Shown here: positions 13,375 to 26,700 of the stretch, one piece after another
Numbering within the stretch: the stretch's first letter is position 1
How the letters are laid out: each line of letters begins with the position of its first letter
Source: Proteromonas lacertae
Taxonomy: Eukaryota
Assembly: GCA_002245135.1 (NCBI GenBank)
Contig: NGBS01000001.1
Span: 186,001 to 250,000 of the forward strand
Length of the DNA stretch: 64,000 bases
Reading direction: 5' to 3'
Position numbers and translations under genes: made by a program
Notes under the pieces: generated by a model
What the model was told of the DNA's origin: nothing
Database searches by the model: none
Seen by the model: the letters and a program-made list of their open reading frames with translations, nothing else

Positions 13375-16129
13375 TCATTCTGGTCTCATTGAGTCTCTTC
13401 GTTTCTCTCTCATAGCTTGTTTCTGCATTTGTTCATCATTTCCTTGTTCTAATGTCCTACTGTAAAAAGTATTCAATTCATTATCTTTCGTTTCAGCTAC
13501 ATAATGAGCAACGGCTAATTGTTCATCTTTTATTTTCTGTGATATATTATAAACTCTATCTAATTCATTCTCAATATACAACACATCACTATATATTGGT
13601 TTAATATTTCTCTCTCTTAAAGATCTATTTACTTCATACCATTTTTCAGCTGTTAATACATCAGTTGATCTATTGAAATATATATATATATAGGTTATAC
13701 TTTGCAGCTAATAGTAAATTACAAGCAGCATTAGAATTAAGATGATAAGCATCAATAATATAATGTAAATCAGGTAATTCCAATACATTAATCAAAGCTA
13801 TTATCTTTTCTCTCAAATCTAACAAACATACTTTCTTATTCCACACTTCCACAGGATCTTCTTGTCCTTTATAATATTTAGACATTGCCATAGCTTGTTC
13901 TAGTTTCGATGGTGGTTTTTCATCTTTATTTGGTTTCTCAAACTCTGTAGGAATGGATAATGGATGAGATACATCTCTCATTGAACCATCTGATGGATGA
14001 GTTACTCCTAATCGAGTTTCCTCTTTTTCCCACAAATCAAATAATAATTGGAATACATTATTACCACTAGTAGTACCTTTCCATACATAAAATAACTTTT
14101 GTAATCTTTGATTATCCATTATATCTGCTAAAATACCAATAATTTGATGTTGAATCATTAATGGTGCTTTTTCACATAAATCTAATAAAGATACTATTCC
14201 TTCACAATCTAATAATTGTTCTTGACAGGAATCACATCCTAATACACTCACCCATATTGCATTTAACGCTGTTATTAATAATCTTAATCCATCTTCTTGT
14301 ATTGACTGTTCATGTGAGATTAATTCAACTAATATTTCAATTCCATTCTTCTCTCTGAAAGTGATATGATTGTTTGTATAAATGGGTAAACAAGTGTTAC
14401 TTAATATAATGCAAATAGATTCTTTCACTTTTAATGTCATCTGATAATCATTTAATAATTCAATAAAATAAGATATCAAATCATTCTGATAAAACTGCTC
14501 CCTAAATTCATCAATATGTGAAACAATTGAACATAATTTCAAAGATGGTTCTATTTCTCTACTACAATTATCTCTATCTGATAAGTAGTATCTAACATTT
14601 CTAAATAATATATGAAGCCCCATTATCTTCTTAAATGAATCTGGCATACATGGTATTACAGTTTGTAATATATTCAAAGCATTAACACATAAAGAATGTT
14701 GTTGTTCATTACTCCAATATACTTTATCAACTTCAGAATTAGAGGATAAATCAATATAATGTAATAATACTCTTAAATAATCAGAGGATTCTATTAAATA
14801 TATACAGTCTTTATTCTTCATTAGTGTTTTTAAACATGTCCATACTAATAAATAGAATTCTTTATCTAATTCAGTCATTCTTCCTCTTGAACCACCATGT
14901 TCATAAAGGAAATCAGTATCACCTAGTTTATGTAGTAATAAATCCATTATATCTGAATCAATAAAGAGATTTAACCATTCTTCTCTTGATGCAAATAGAT
15001 TTAAGATGACTAATAAATTATTTCTATATTCTAAATCACATGTTTTATATGCGTTGAATAAATGCCATTTTGTTACTCGATATAACATTGAAAAATATTC
15101 TGGTGAAGCTATTGAATACATTGCATTGGATAGTCGATATTTATATAATAATTCCTTTAATGTGATTGCTTTTGAACCTAATTCAACTGCCACATAAGAT
15201 GCTTCTAATAAATACCACAATGTCTATCAATAAAATAAAAATAAAAATATATATATAATAATATACATCAATACAAATTTCAGAAGCTTCTTCATATTCA
15301 TATTCTGCTAAATTCAATAGGTCACATATATGTCTTGTTCCACCATGCAAAATCAAAGTTTCAACATTATCTCTATTGTGACATAATATACCATATAATC
15401 GTGTTAAATTAACTAAAAAGGTTGGAACACTTCCATCTTTACCTATTACCGATTTTGGATGAGTTTTTTCAAATTCTTCTTTATTTCTTTTATCATCGTT
15501 ATATCTGGAGTTATTCAATTGGTATAATTGGTTCTCCATAGCATCACATATTAAATGAACTCCATCACATTTATTAATAATTTGTTGATAGTATTCATAA
15601 TTATCGTTATCAATTTTCAATTTTGCTAGTAAAGCATCTACTGCAGCATCATGTATCTTTTCAGATTGAGAACTTAGGCATTTACAGAAAAAACTAAATA
15701 TATCAATCATAGCTTGTTCATTTACTCTTTCTTGATTAGCTTTAACAGATATGAAGGGCTATTGTCAATAAATATTATAGTATATACTAATTTGGCTTCT
15801 TTTAATAACTCAACTATTTGATCATGATAATCGCTAGTTTCATCACTCACTTGTTCCATTGCAACTAATAATATCATATTAATGTAAGACAGATCGTCAA
15901 CTTTAAATCTAACAAAGTATAAATGGAATTAATAATACCCATCTTGTCTATGTTTTATGATATATTCCAACGACTGTACATTTCTTTCAACATACTCCGA
16001 ATAGTCTGGTGATTGAAATTGTTCAACAATAACACCTAAATCAAGATCATCGACATATCTAACAGGACTTTTTGTATTTTCATTGGGGTTATAAGCTAGT
16101 GTTCTTCTTTTTCTTGTATTATTATTCAT
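13375..16129 (-). CDS. CFAP69: Cilia- and flagella-associated protein 69-like ARM-repeat protein
   Basis: ARM-like repeats; DLDL..IVEQF, GFKVDDL, DLEYRNNLLV, EGIVSLLDL, LWEKEE.RLGV, DLREKI, W.EV...L....IKP motifs; 4 introns. Confidence 0.7.
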
Positions 16130-16301
16130 TTTCAAAAAACGGTCTTTGCTTGAGAGGCTTGACTTTTTAAAAATCGATTTTCTCATCACACAATGAAGTT
16201 TAAAGACATTTGACCTTTTCATTATAATAAACAACACACATATTTATCAATAATAATATTATTAAATGTTATAATTGACAATTACACTACAAAATAATAA
16301 A

Positions 16302-16992
16302 TTACTTAGTAACACTTAATCTCTTCACTCTTGCAATTTCTCCTTGTACATTCACTGTGAAAAAATCCATCATCGATGGTTTCTTCGAGATCCAAGATCT
16401 ATATTCAACATAATCAATAAAACCATCTTTGTTTTGATCAGCACCTGAAAAGGAGCTGTCTACTAAAGCATCTACTTGTGTTGGTTTAAGTGGTGAACCG
16501 TTTTGTTCCAATGTAGCCACAAGCACTTTCTTTAATTCATCTTTACTAATTCTCTTATCTCTATCAATATCATACATATTAAATGAAACTATTTCAATAT
16601 AAAAGCAAGAATAATACAATTAATCTTTTCTTCAACTGTAGCTTTATGACTTAAAACAGATAATCCCTTTATGAACTCAGTAAAATTAATTAATCCATCT
16701 CTATTTTCATCAAACATTGCAAATATTCTCTCAGCAAACAATGAAGAAGAAATACCAAGTGCCATTTCAAATTCTCTACCAATAATATGCTATAAAAAAC
16801 AAATAATACTTTGGATCAATAACACCATCATCTTCAATTAAGCTACTTATCTTTTTGAAATGATCATATAAGTCTTCTATTTCATCTGCATCAACTAAAT
16901 ATAAATAAAAATAAACTCATACAATGAGTTATATTCTGAAAGTCTTTCACTTCTTTCTTAGTCAGAGCGCATTTGCCTGGCTTATTCCCCAT
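16302..16992 (-). CDS. Calcineurin B-like (CBL-type) EF-hand calcium sensor, N-myristoylated
   Basis: MGNKPG start; SSLIEDDGVIDPKEF extended first EF loop; SLFAERIFAMFDENRDGLINFTEF; ADQNKDGFIDYVEY; 3 introns. Confidence 0.85.
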
Positions 16993-17306
16993 AACAAATT
17001 AAAAACTATAAATCAACAAGCCAAAAGCTTGATTTCATTATTTTAGATTATCCTTTTTTGCACAATGTGTTGTGTTATTTAAGTATTTAAGAAGTTTATA
17101 TGATAGTAACCTTCATAATTATGAAATGTGCAAGAAAGAAAGAAATATGAGAGAATTTGTTAATTAAAATAAATAAATATGACTGATATTGGATAACTAA
17201 CGAAAAAAATAGTAATATGTATATAAATGCATGAATTATTCATTTTTACATTTATCATAAATAAGCCTCATATATCTTTTGACTTTTCATTTCTTTTTAT
17301 TGAAAA

Positions 17307-18461
17307 ATGGCATTCTGTGTTGAAGTATTGCTTTCATTTTATTGATTTTCTTAGAAAGTACCTTTTGATAAGTTCAAGGACGATAAAGGTGAACATGAAG
17401 TAAGCAAATTTATTTGTTGTAATAATCACGGCTTCACTTTAGAAATGCTTGACTTTGGTGCAAGAATTTATTCATTCAAATGTCCTGCTGAAAAGAAAGG
17501 AGAAGAACCTCAAGAATTAACAATGCAACACAAATACCTTCAAGAAATGGTTAAAGATCGTGACACTTATTTTGGTTGTACCGTCGGAAGATACGGTAAC
17601 CGTATTGCTAATGGTAAATTCAGTCTTGACGGTAAAACTATTCAATTAGCCCAAAATAACGGAGGCAATCATCTTCATGGTGGTAACGAAGGTTTTGATC
17701 GTAAGATATGGGATTCTGAGGAAATTATAAATGGTCACGAAGTTGGTGTTAAATTCACTCTTCTTTCCCCAGATGGAGATGAGAGTTATCCAGGACAATT
17801 GAAAGTAGAAGCTCGTTACACCTTAACAAGTGATGATGAATTAGTTATGGAATTCACAGCTACATCAGATAAACCAACAATTGTTAATCTAACCAACCAC
17901 GCCTATTGGAATTTATCAGGTAAAATCAAGGAGGAAGGTATTCAAAACCATACATTACAATTAAACTGTAAGAAGTATGTACCTGTCAACGACAATATGA
18001 TTCCAACAGGAGAATTGACTGAAGTAGCAGGTACATCTTTAGATTTCACTAATCCAGTCAAATTAGGTGATGTATTAGACAAAATCCCAGTTGGAGGTAA
18101 GAATGGCTTAGATCATTGTTTTGCAATTGATAGAACAAACGTTCCATTCCCAGACGATTGTGCTGATGTTGGTGTTTTACAATGCGGTGATAGAAAATTA
18201 ATAATAAAGAGCAATCAGTTAGGTATTCAATTCTATACAGCTAATTGGTTGAAAGGAACAGATGAGAATGGAAAACCATGTTTTATGAAACCTCATCAAG
18301 TGATTGCTATTGAACCACAGATATTCCCTAATTCTCCTAATGTTCCAAGATTCCCAAGTCCAGTTTTAAGACCAGGTAAAGAATATCATCACATGAGTAT
18401 TTATAAGTTTGAAGGATTTAAGTATGATACAAGTGATGATAATACTGAAACCTCAAAATAA
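17307..18461 (+). CDS. GALM: Aldose 1-epimerase (galactose mutarotase)
   Basis: YFGCTVGRYGNRIANGKF, HLHGG, NLTNHAYWNL, catalytic Glu in AIEPQ; one 30-nt 5' intron. Confidence 0.95.
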
Positions 18462-18569
18462 ATCTTATTATGGAATCTATCTTAGTTTCTCATGTTTTTT
18501 ATAAGTGTTGTTTTTTTTGTAAGATATCTTCAATGAAACAATCATATTATAAATTAAATAAATAAACGA

Positions 18570-18970
18570 TTATGTGAGCTTTGTTTGAGTTAATCTAGAT
18601 ATTTCCTGTTTAGCTGTTTTGTATAATTGACTGATATTCTTCAACAATACTTCATTTTTCTCTTTCTCTTTGGCCAACTAACAAAAATATTATTAATATT
18701 ATATGCCTGTTGTTTCAATGCTTCAATTTCTTCATCTTTCATTTTTATGATTTTGTCCTTTTCTGTTATTTGTTGCTTTAACTATTCTTTTAGAGTATAA
18801 AGAATACTTTCCTAACCTCTGTTTCATTTACATTATCGAACAAATCTAATCTCTGTCAAAAGAGAAAAATATACCATCTACAGTAGTGCCACTGCCATAA
18901 TCTGTTGTACCTAATCTTATTAATCCTTAAAAATACTATGTTCATCCTCATTATCAAAAAAGAAAGACAT
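18570..18970 (-). CDS. Small coiled-coil protein resembling the FLASH/CASP8AP2 N-terminal domain
   Basis: Not in the ORF track. Five exons give ...VDDLFDNVNETEVRKLKQQ...NEVLLKNISQLYKTAKQEISRL. Confidence 0.6.
18678..18706 (-). other. GC-AG intron, 29 nt
   Basis: CAG|GCATATAATATT...TGTTAG|TTG GCC; needed to keep the frame and has typical length and composition. Confidence 0.75.
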
Positions 18971-19090
18971 TACGACAAACAGATATAATAAATGTCTAAT
19001 TTATTCTATTTATCTATTATGATTTATTCAAACATCAAAACAAAAACAAAAAATAATAGTAAGACATCAATTTTATCATAATCAATCTGT

Positions 19091-19654
19091 TTAAGCTACA
19101 AGAGTTGAAGCAGTAGCTGATTCACTATTTAGAGAATAAATAAAATGTACAAATATACTATTTCCAGTTTGGTGGTAATTGTTTTGATGATTTGTAATAT
19201 CTTGCTAATCTGTGGATTCTGCTTTCAATAAGAATAAGACGATATTTAGAATCTTTATCTTTTCGATTTCTTTCTAAATGCTTTCTTACAGCGACGGCTT
19301 TCTTGATTAAGAAATATAAATCTTCTGGGATTTCTGGAGCTAAACCGTTCTTTTTTAAGATTCTGAGGATCTTTGAACCAGTAACAGCTTTAACTTGAGC
19401 AATACCATCTGAATCTCTAAGTAATACACCGATTTGAGATGGTGTTAAACCTTTCTTTGAAAGTTTGCATACGTGACTTTCTACATCTTCAGCAGTAATT
19501 TTTAACCAGCTTGGTGGTGTTCTCTTGTAGGGGAGGGCTGAATCTGCGATACCCTTGCTATGAAGGAATAAATAATAAAATAAATAAATAAAAGTAATAG
19601 TAATAGTTTATATAGATAGCTAGATATATACCCATGACCATAAGTACGACCCAT
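19091..19654 (-). CDS. RPS13: 40S ribosomal protein S13 (uS15)
   Basis: [25 protein letters not shown]...[14 protein letters not shown]...[21 protein letters not shown]...[13 protein letters not shown]; 2 introns. Confidence 0.97.
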
Positions 19655-20222
19655 AGTTGTTTATTAATATAAATGAAAAACAATTGATGCCTCAATGTGT
19701 GTGTCCGGAATTATGGTCATTGGTTTGAGTGGCTTGACAAATTTAAAATGTTTTTTTGAAGCATACATTGATTCGAATCATTCAAATGCTTTACTAAAAT
19801 GCAGGAATCATCCACCATAATTGAATAGAACATTAATTAAGATTTATTTTAAAAGATTTTGATTCGTTAATTCAACCAATAGTCAATATTATTAGACGAA
19901 ATATGAGTATAAACTCATTATTAAGTATTTATAATTTTTAATGTTGAATTGAAATTATATGTTGAATTTCTGTTTCACTTTTTCACAGTCTTAATGGCTT
20001 GTGAAGCGTTCTTTCAATTCGCTCATCAACATTCTTCATAATTCTATCGGATATAAGCTACACAGAAATTGAAGATGTGTGTTTTATTTTATATAAGCTT
20101 TGCAATACAAAAGGTTGTGTTTTTAAGGGGGTATTGAAATTACTTCCAAATTTCAAAATACTTTGAATTGAAATTTTGTCTTCTATTCATTATAAACAAT
20201 ACATTATTTGCTATATTACAAA

Positions 20223-23200
20223 ATGGAAGGAATATTGAATTTCTCAGAACACTACGATGTAGGCTTATTTGAGCAGGTGTTGAATGTCTTTGTTGACGCA
20301 AGGAATCCACAAGTAAAAAATCTTAATAATCTATTATAAATAGAATCTACAAGCACAACAAGCTATTTTGGCTTTTCAAGAGAATCCTAATGTATTTACA
20401 CTGTTGTTTATTGTATAGTCATGGACTGTGTCTGGACAAATTATAGATCAATGCAGCAATCCAAATGCTAAATTTATCGGAATAAAGGTATTATAATTGT
20501 TTTTATATTTAGATTCTTGAGAATTTGGTAAATCAAAGGTGGAAAGTAATATCAGTAGATGAGCGTAATGGAATAAGAAATTATGTATCAAGAAAAATAC
20601 TTGAAATATCAGCCGATCCAAATCGTTTAGTGAATGAAAAGAATATAGTAGAGAAATTGAATGTTGTATTAATAGCTGTATTATTTAGAAATAAATTATT
20701 ATCATTATAGATACTGAAACAAGAATGGCCTGATAATTGGCCAACTTTTATACCAGAATTGGTAGATTCTTCAAAAGTATATTATAATATATATTAAAAA
20801 TAGACAAGTGAATCAATATGTGCAAATAATATGAATATACTTTGCTTATTAAGTGAAGAAGTTTTTGAATTTTCAGATGATATGACTTCACATAAAGCAG
20901 AATATCTAAAGAAACAATTAGAAAGTCAATTTGAAGCTATATTTCAACTTTGCCAGCTTGTATTAGATTCAAGTCAAAATCCCTCATTATTGTCTTCATC
21001 CTTAAAGACATTGCTAAGATTCGTTAGATGGATTCCAGTGAAATATATATTTGATACTCCACTATTACAAGTAATTACAAATAAGTTTTTTCCTGCAGAT
21101 TTATTCAGAAATGATTCTTTAGATTGTCTTACAGAAATTGTTAATTTAGATGTAAAAGATCATGATCCTTGTTTCCCTGTGTTTTATAAAGCATTTATTG
21201 AGAAACTGATGATCATTTTACCACCTGGAACTCAATTAGAAGTGCAGTATAATGATTTAAGTGATGAGTTAGTGACATTTATAAGGCAATTAGCTTTATT
21301 TTTCACTGGGTTATTCAAAATGCATTTAAACTGTTTAGAAAGTGAAATATCAGTAAGAGAAGAATTGTGCGTTGGTTTCCAATATATGGTAATGATTACA
21401 AAGATAGTACAAGATCAAGAAACTTTTAGAATATGCGTAGAATTCTGGAAATCACATACAGAAGGTGTTTATTTCAAAGATAATCAAAAGATAGCTGGTG
21501 AAGTAACAAGACGTGATTTATATGCTCCAGTACATCAAATAGTACGTCAAATAATGATTGATAATATGGCTAAACCTGAAGAAGTAGTAATAGTGGAAGA
21601 TGCAAGTGGACAATTAATAAGAGAAATAACGAAAGATACAACTGCAATAGAGTTGTATAATTCAATGAGACAAACTTTAATATACTTGACACATTTAGAT
21701 CAAACAGCTACAGAGGAGATATTATACCAGAAAATGGCTGAATTAATAAAGAATGGAAGTTGGTCATGGAATAATCTAAACACATTATGTTGGTCATTAG
21801 GATCAATTAGTGGTACAATGACTGTTAGATGAAGAAAAGAAATTTGTCATCTGTATGGTTAAAGATTTATTGACATTAACAGAAGAATCAACAGGAAGAG
21901 AGAATAAAGCTGTTTGTGCTAGTGGAATAATGTATGTAGTTGGACAATATCCTCGATTCTTACGTAATCATTGGAAGTTCTTTAGAACTGTAGTGAGAAA
22001 GTTGCAAGACTTTATGCATGAGAGTCATCCTGGTGTAAAGGATATGGCATGTGATACTATAAGAAAAATAGTATTAAAATGTAAAGAAGAATTAATAACT
22101 AAACATATGACTGATGGTAAAGAAGAAGATATGTTTATTAGAGAAATGGTAAGAGAGTTAAACAGTACAATTAACGAATTAGAACCTGAACAAGTGTATA
22201 GTTATTATGGTTCACTAGGTATAATAATCAAAGCAATTAATAATACAACTGACCAGAAATTAATATTGATGGAAACAATGGCTTCTTCCTCAGGTGTATG
22301 GAGTGATACAATAACTCAGTGTAAAAGTATATATAATAACTATTATTATTATATAGTTCATCCAAATAAACTAGCAAGAACCTGATACCATTAGATTATT
22401 ACAACATATAATAAGAATCAATTCAGCAATGTGTGAAAATGTTGGTCCAATATTTAGTGAACACTTATCCACTATTTATTCAGATTTATTGAACTTGTAC
22501 ACTGGATTTGAAACTACCATAGAAGCTACTTTAAAAGCATCAGGAGTACAAAGTATAGATTATTTATTACCTCGTTTAATGAGAACTACCAGACGTGTTG
22601 TTTTAGCATTATTAGATAACTTCTTTAGCGTTTGTGGTATAGGAACTGATATAATTACAACCTATGTAGATCCATTGATTCAATACAGTGTTTCAAGGAT
22701 ATGCCAATTGTGATATAATCACTAAAGAGCCATTGGTATTGAAAGTAATGTCAACAATAGTGAAAAGGATGAAGAAATTAGTGGATAAATACTGTCCTGA
22801 GTTCTTACAAAAAGGTATACAACCAACATTACAATTGATTACAAATAATACTGAAGATTTTCCTACTCATAGATCAAACTTTTATTTGTTATTGCAAATG
22901 TTAATAAATAATAATTTTCAGGCTTTCTTTGTAAGTCTACCTGATTCTCAAAAGTTGATAATTGATTGTATAATATGGGGAATAAAACATGTGGAAAGGA
23001 ATATCTCTGAAGAGAGTTTAGATATATTAAATAAACTATTAGATAGTGTATTATCAACACCTTCCTTATCAAAGACATTTTGGAGTAATTATTACATGTC
23101 AATTTTATTAGAAGTATTTTATGTTTTAACTGATCGATGTCATAAGAATTCATTTCATCAGCAAGTATTAGTATTGAAGAGTCTGATAACAATTGTTGCG

Positions 23201-23584
23201 ACAAATAGAATACCAACGCCATTGTATGACCAACCAAATTTTCATAATAATGTTGAATATATTACACTTTATTTATGTGATTTGTTAAGTAAAGAATTTA
23301 CCAATATTTCTAGAGATATCATTGTAGCTTTTGTACAGCAATTGTTTAATAATTATGCTGCTAATGTAGATGATTTTAGAGTATATGTTCGTGATTTCTT
23401 AATTCAAATGAAAGAGTTTTCTTCATCTGGTCAAGATAATAGTGAATTATATATAGCTGAAAAAGAACAGTCTAAGAAACAACAAGAAATGCGTATTATA
23501 GAGATACAAGGTGCTGTACCTGGTCTAGCACCTCAATATAGCACAGCTTTGACAATTAGAAGGAATAATGAGGATGAATTATAA
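20223..23584 (+). CDS. XPO1: Exportin-1 (CRM1); three +1 frameshifts in the assembled sequence
   Basis: ILKQEWP, NNMNIL.LLSEEVF, MAKPEEV.IVED, LNTLCW, IMYVVGQYPRFLRNHWKF, MHESHPGVKDMACDT, RDFLIQMKEF; 6 introns; frame changes near 21825, 22375 and 22685. Confidence 0.93.
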
Positions 23585-23765
23585 ATAGTAATAGGCGATG
23601 GAATAAATGATATATATTCATTTTTTTATTTTTATTTTGGAATATTGTTTTGAAATTCTATCTCAATTTTGATTGAATACATTGTTTAGGTTGTATTTCA
23701 ACAAAAAACAATTTGATTTGTCAAACAACAAGAGGGTGAGGCTTAAGATCTTTTTTTGATTTGAG

Positions 23766-26700
23766 ATGGCTACTCTTCTAAAGACGCACCAATACGAAAA
23801 GTGTTCTGCCCCTAATTGTAATCAGTTTCAACACCATATCAGGGATGAAGGTGACAAGACACCTTTTTTGTGTTGTGATCATAACGTCAAGTATGACTTT
23901 TAACCATTTTATTCTTCTTTAGTCTTAAGAAGGATGAAAATGGAATTTATTTTACCAATGTTGGTTACTTGCAAATCTATGAACAAGAGAAATGGGTGAA
24001 ATACTTATTCGTATTGTTTGAAAGATACTTGTTATGCTACACTGGACCAACAGGCAATGAACCTATGGTATGAGATATTTGTTTTTATATATTCCTAGTA
24101 TCATGTTGATATTACCACATGTAACATTCAATTAAACGGAAATGCAGTTATTGTAAGTGGTTCTGTACCATTAAATTTAGCTGCCTTTTCATATGTTGAC
24201 GCTCAAAAATGGTATAGAGCTTTATGTGAGAATAAAAACATCGCCTCACAAGAACCAATGCCACCAGAACCAAACCGAAGTGCCATACACCATAGATACT
24301 TAAACAGCTGTAGAGAAAGAGTTGGAAATATGATAACTAACAATAGAACAAGTAGTGTATCAGAGTTACATATATTCACTGGTACTTGGAATATGGCAGA
24401 AACAGAACCACCAAGAACCTTACCAGATTGGGTAGGTCAAGATTATGATATATATGCAATAGCAACTGAAGAATGTATGGCTTTAGATTCAATTAGAAAC
24501 TCCTTACAAACTATTATTGGTAGTTCATATTATGCTCAAGAAGCGATGATTGGTAATGTTAGAAAAGAATTAGGTTATCATGGTTATATTGCTTTATTTG
24601 TATTTATTAAATTGGAGTTTATGATGAGTGGATTGATTAGATCTCATGAAATTAGAAAGACTGAATCTGCATTGGGTATGAATTTGATTATTACAAAGGC
24701 AAGTAATAAAGGTGGTGTTTGTATTACATTCCCAGTACATTTTGATTATGTTAAAGCACCAGGTGATCCAACCTGTAAGTTTGGTTTTATCAGTTGCCAT
24801 TTACCATCAGATTCTAAAGGTAAAAGTAAATGGGAAAAGAGAGATAAAACAGCTAATGAAATGATAAGAAATCTAAGTATAGATTTAGCTCATACTCGTT
24901 TATTCTTAATGGGTGATATGAATTACAGAGTTAATTTAGACCATTTATCATGTTTAAGAGCAATATCAGTAGCAATGAACAAAGCACATCCACAAGAATC
25001 AGCTGATGCATGGAAAGTATTGAAATATAACGATCAATTGACTTGCACATTAGGTAATGGCAATTCATTAGGTAATTTCATTGAAGTTCATGATTTATGT
25101 TTCCCACCAACTTATCGTAAAGAGAGAGAACAAGCTGGTAATTGTGGTGACTTTACTAATTATGAAGTGTTAGTAAAAGCATATTCACATGAAGTATTAG
25201 AGAAGAATGGGAATATTACACCTCGTACTCCTTCATTCACTGATAGAGTGATTTATCATCCACCATTTGGATGTTTAGATGCAACTTATTGTGATTAGTA
25301 TATATACTTTTATATATATATTGGAATAGTTATAATTGTATTCATACTGTTACTACCTCTGATCACGTTCCTGTATTAGCTTCAATGATTTATCGTACAA
25401 GTGAGAATGTTGATATGAATAAAATACCTGCTTTAGGACCAAGAGTATAATAATAATAATGATTATATTGTAATATAATAGTTGGAATTTGATATGCAAT
25501 TAGATATGATTGCTGAACAAATAAAGAAGTGTGATTTCTTCAGACATTTAGCAACAGTGTATGGTGGTATAATGAAATTAAGAGATGATCAATTAGACTT
25601 AATCATGAAGAATTTAGTGATAACAAGACCAAAGAAAGAAACTCAATTATTCACACAATATTCAAACGGAGGTACATTGATGATATTAATCTCTGGTAGA
25701 GTTAGATTAGAATCAGGTGGAAAAAAGATCAGAATAATTAAAGAAAATGATTGGTTTGGTGGTGAGAATTTAATAGATATGATAGTTCCCTATGATGCAA
25801 TAACAGAAGAAGATTCAATCTTAGTAGCCATCAGTGAAAATGAACTTAAAATCTTCGCTAAGATTAACCAAGAATTATCAGATTCTATCACAAGGACATT
25901 AGAAGGATATTACTTAAAGAGTGCAGAGAAGATATTGTGTTTAGATAAACTCACTAATGATTTACCTTATAATCCATTGAATACATTATTATCTAATATC
26001 TCTATATTAGATTATCCAGCAGGTTATCAATTAATGAATATGGATGAAAAAGGTGATATTTGTTACCATATCAATTGGTGGTGTAGTTAGAGTTTATATG
26101 CCTGATGCTAATGGTGTTGATCAGACTATTTCAGTATTATCTTATGGAGATACTGTTGGTGTTTATGCTTTATTAGATGATCCTGATTATAAGAGTTTCG
26201 CTTATGCACAAACGGTTACATCTGTTAGATTAGTAGCAATTAGAAAATCATTATGGGATGAATTCTTAGCTGAATTAGTTGTTCCAAATCATATTGAAAT
26301 TAGAGTTAAATCAGAATTTGCTAAGACAAATACATTACCAGAGTTCAAGAAGATGAAAGTAGAAGAATGTACTAATTTAGATGTAGTTTCAAGAGGTATT
26401 ATTAAATCAATATATGGTGGATATAATATCGATAGTGGAGGTTGTGTATTTGATCCAACTCAAGTTACTGAAGGATTTGGTTTATTATTATTAAGTGGAC
26501 AAGCTGCTACAAGATCTAACATGAGAATAGCCAATAATATGAAAGGTAAAGATGCAATGAGATATATAGTAACAGCTGGTACATGGTTACAGAATCAGAA
26601 AGTGAATGAACCAATTATTGCATTCAAGCCAAGTGAAATTGTGTATATTCCTAATGATGATATGAAGAGATTGAGTTATTTATTGCATTGTGGTTATTTA

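Noticed and set aside
21813..21828. 16-nt GTACAATGACTGTTAG micro-intron that would fix the first CRM1 frameshift
   Set aside because: It would delete the conserved SISG(A/T)M residues and is far below the ~25-nt minimum seen here.
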